A stretch of DNA of 63,847 bases, filler included, from Rhabdomonas costata (lineage: Eukaryota), in NCBI GenBank assembly GCA_019059605.1. It is 40 parts of 40 records of this genome, joined end to end, with 100 filler letters (N's around TTAATTAATTAA, not from the genome) between each part and the next. Parts side by side here need not be neighbours in the genome. Positions count along the whole stretch, not along the records: positions 62,351 to 63,847 come from JAHMHO010014451.1; 39 more parts are not named here. One strand, 5' to 3'. Positions within the stretch are counted from its first letter, which is position 1. Each line of letters starts with the position of its first letter. Positions 62,589-63,847 of the stretch are shown in pieces. The notes under the pieces are model-generated. The model was not told the DNA's origin and did not search any database. It saw only the letters and a program-made list of their open reading frames with translations. Made by a program: the position numbers and the translations under genes.

Positions 62589-63847
62589 CTGCAGTGGAGA
62601 CAGAGATACAGAGAAGAATGCAAAGCCAGGCTTCTACTCGGGCCACCATGTCCGCTCACAAGTAGTTCTAAACTGTATGGTAGCCCAAAGGCATACATAA
62701 GCACAAAAAAAGCATGGAGGCCTCCAACGCATCTCGAATGAGCCCTGCGCATCCGGGATACTTGAATGTCACAACAAAGTGAGCGCAGCTGCCCTACGTA
62801 TCCAATCGCATCCAGGCGTCTTAAATTGCTCTTCTAAGTCGCGCACATCAGTGTGCTCAAATGCAACCCTCGCAGTAACTCTGTTGGACGACATCTTTGA
62901 TGAAAAAGGACTAAACAGGAAGAGTCAACTCAGAGGTGCCTGGTCGAGAAAAGCCACTTCCGATTTGCACGGTGCTGTGGAGCCAAAAGGGCAAAATTCG
63001 CATGCAAACAAAAAAGGAGTGACGCAAAAGAGTTAAAAAAAAAGCAAGCAAAATAAGATGGAGAAGAGGAAATGAACGAAAGCAGCAGAAAGGAGCAGAA
63101 AGACCTTGTCTGTGAAGGCAGCTTACTTCTCTTTGGGTGTCTTCTGTATTATACATCCCCTTCCCTTCCCCTTCCCCTGGATTGCGTTTTTTGTGCATCA
63201 TTTTTTTTTCGTGTTATTCCATTTCACTCGCGCACCCGCCCGTTGGCGATTACCCGTCGCCTGTTGGATTTCTCTTCCTCTTCGTCTTCCCTTCCCCTGC
63301 CCTTGAGAACTTCCTTTCTCTGCCCACGTTGTGTCCAAATCTTTTTACCGTATATTTATGCCGCTCGTGTCAGAATTGAAGTGTAGGTGTGTGTTTGTGT
63401 GTGTATGTGTGAGTGCGTGCGCGCGCCCGGGGCCGTCGGACTTACCTCAAACCCCCGCTGCCCATTCTGAGTGTAACGGTGACTCTTTTGCTGTGTCTCT
63501 TCTGTGTGCTTTCTTGCCAAGTTTGCCTGCTGCAGTTCCCGTCACTGTGCTGACAATCCCCTGTTGCCGCAGGGCCGCATTTTCTGCTTCTTCAAAAAGA
63601 AAGCCGCATAGCGAACGTCGAACGAAAGTGGAGTGGAGTCAGAGAAGGGCGATGTGGGACAATCACATGCTTGGAACTGGCACTCTGGGAAGTTCACCAC
63701 CAATGCGCATAGCAGCAGTGGGGGCGCAATTCAGGAGCAACACCGCAGACACAATCTCCTGGGAGCCAGGAGAGGAGAGTGAGGGAGATGGTGCACAACA
63801 AAAAAGAAAGGACCACTATCTTTTGTGTGCGTGTTGATGCACATTGG

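Noticed and set aside
1-63847. A multi-gene system combining ART, GTPase, HTH, methyltransferase and repeat proteins
   Set aside because: These lie on different contigs of near-identical length, apparently ordered by size; adjacency is meaningless.

Overview
This is not contiguous genomic DNA. It is about 40 unrelated ~1.5 kb contigs joined by an artificial 100-nt spacer (N44-TTAATTAATTAA-N44, stops in all six frames), so no gene neighbourhood or operon-like system can be inferred across spacers. The content is eukaryotic: short exons, spliceosomal GT-AG and some GC-AG introns, and microsatellites. It probably comes from a protist; a euglenozoan is plausible but not provable from this window. 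G/T-rich contig 5' ends and perfect fold-back repeats at contig termini suggest whole-genome amplification. Recognisable gene fragments are eIF3L, a P4-ATPase flippase, an aldo-keto reductase, a Pho87/91-type transporter, an SLC35F5-like transporter, a PIMT-like methyltransferase, DnaJ, GT47, WD40, RING, ARM and F-box/LRR proteins, a membrane class III nucleotide cyclase, an intron-containing ADP-ribosyltransferase and an XRE-type HTH. Mobile DNA includes decayed DIRS-like elements with the methyltransferase-like domain, a Merlin/IS1595 transposase fragment, a tRNA-headed SINE and a MITE candidate. The best novelty candidates are a multi-copy 39-aa helical-repeat protein family (OPR/HPR-like period), a three-domain EF1A/HBS1-like protein with degenerate GTPase motifs, and the tRNA-derived structured SINE. 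No CRISPR array, rRNA or intact tRNA was seen. All family assignments come from motif recognition by eye, not database searches.
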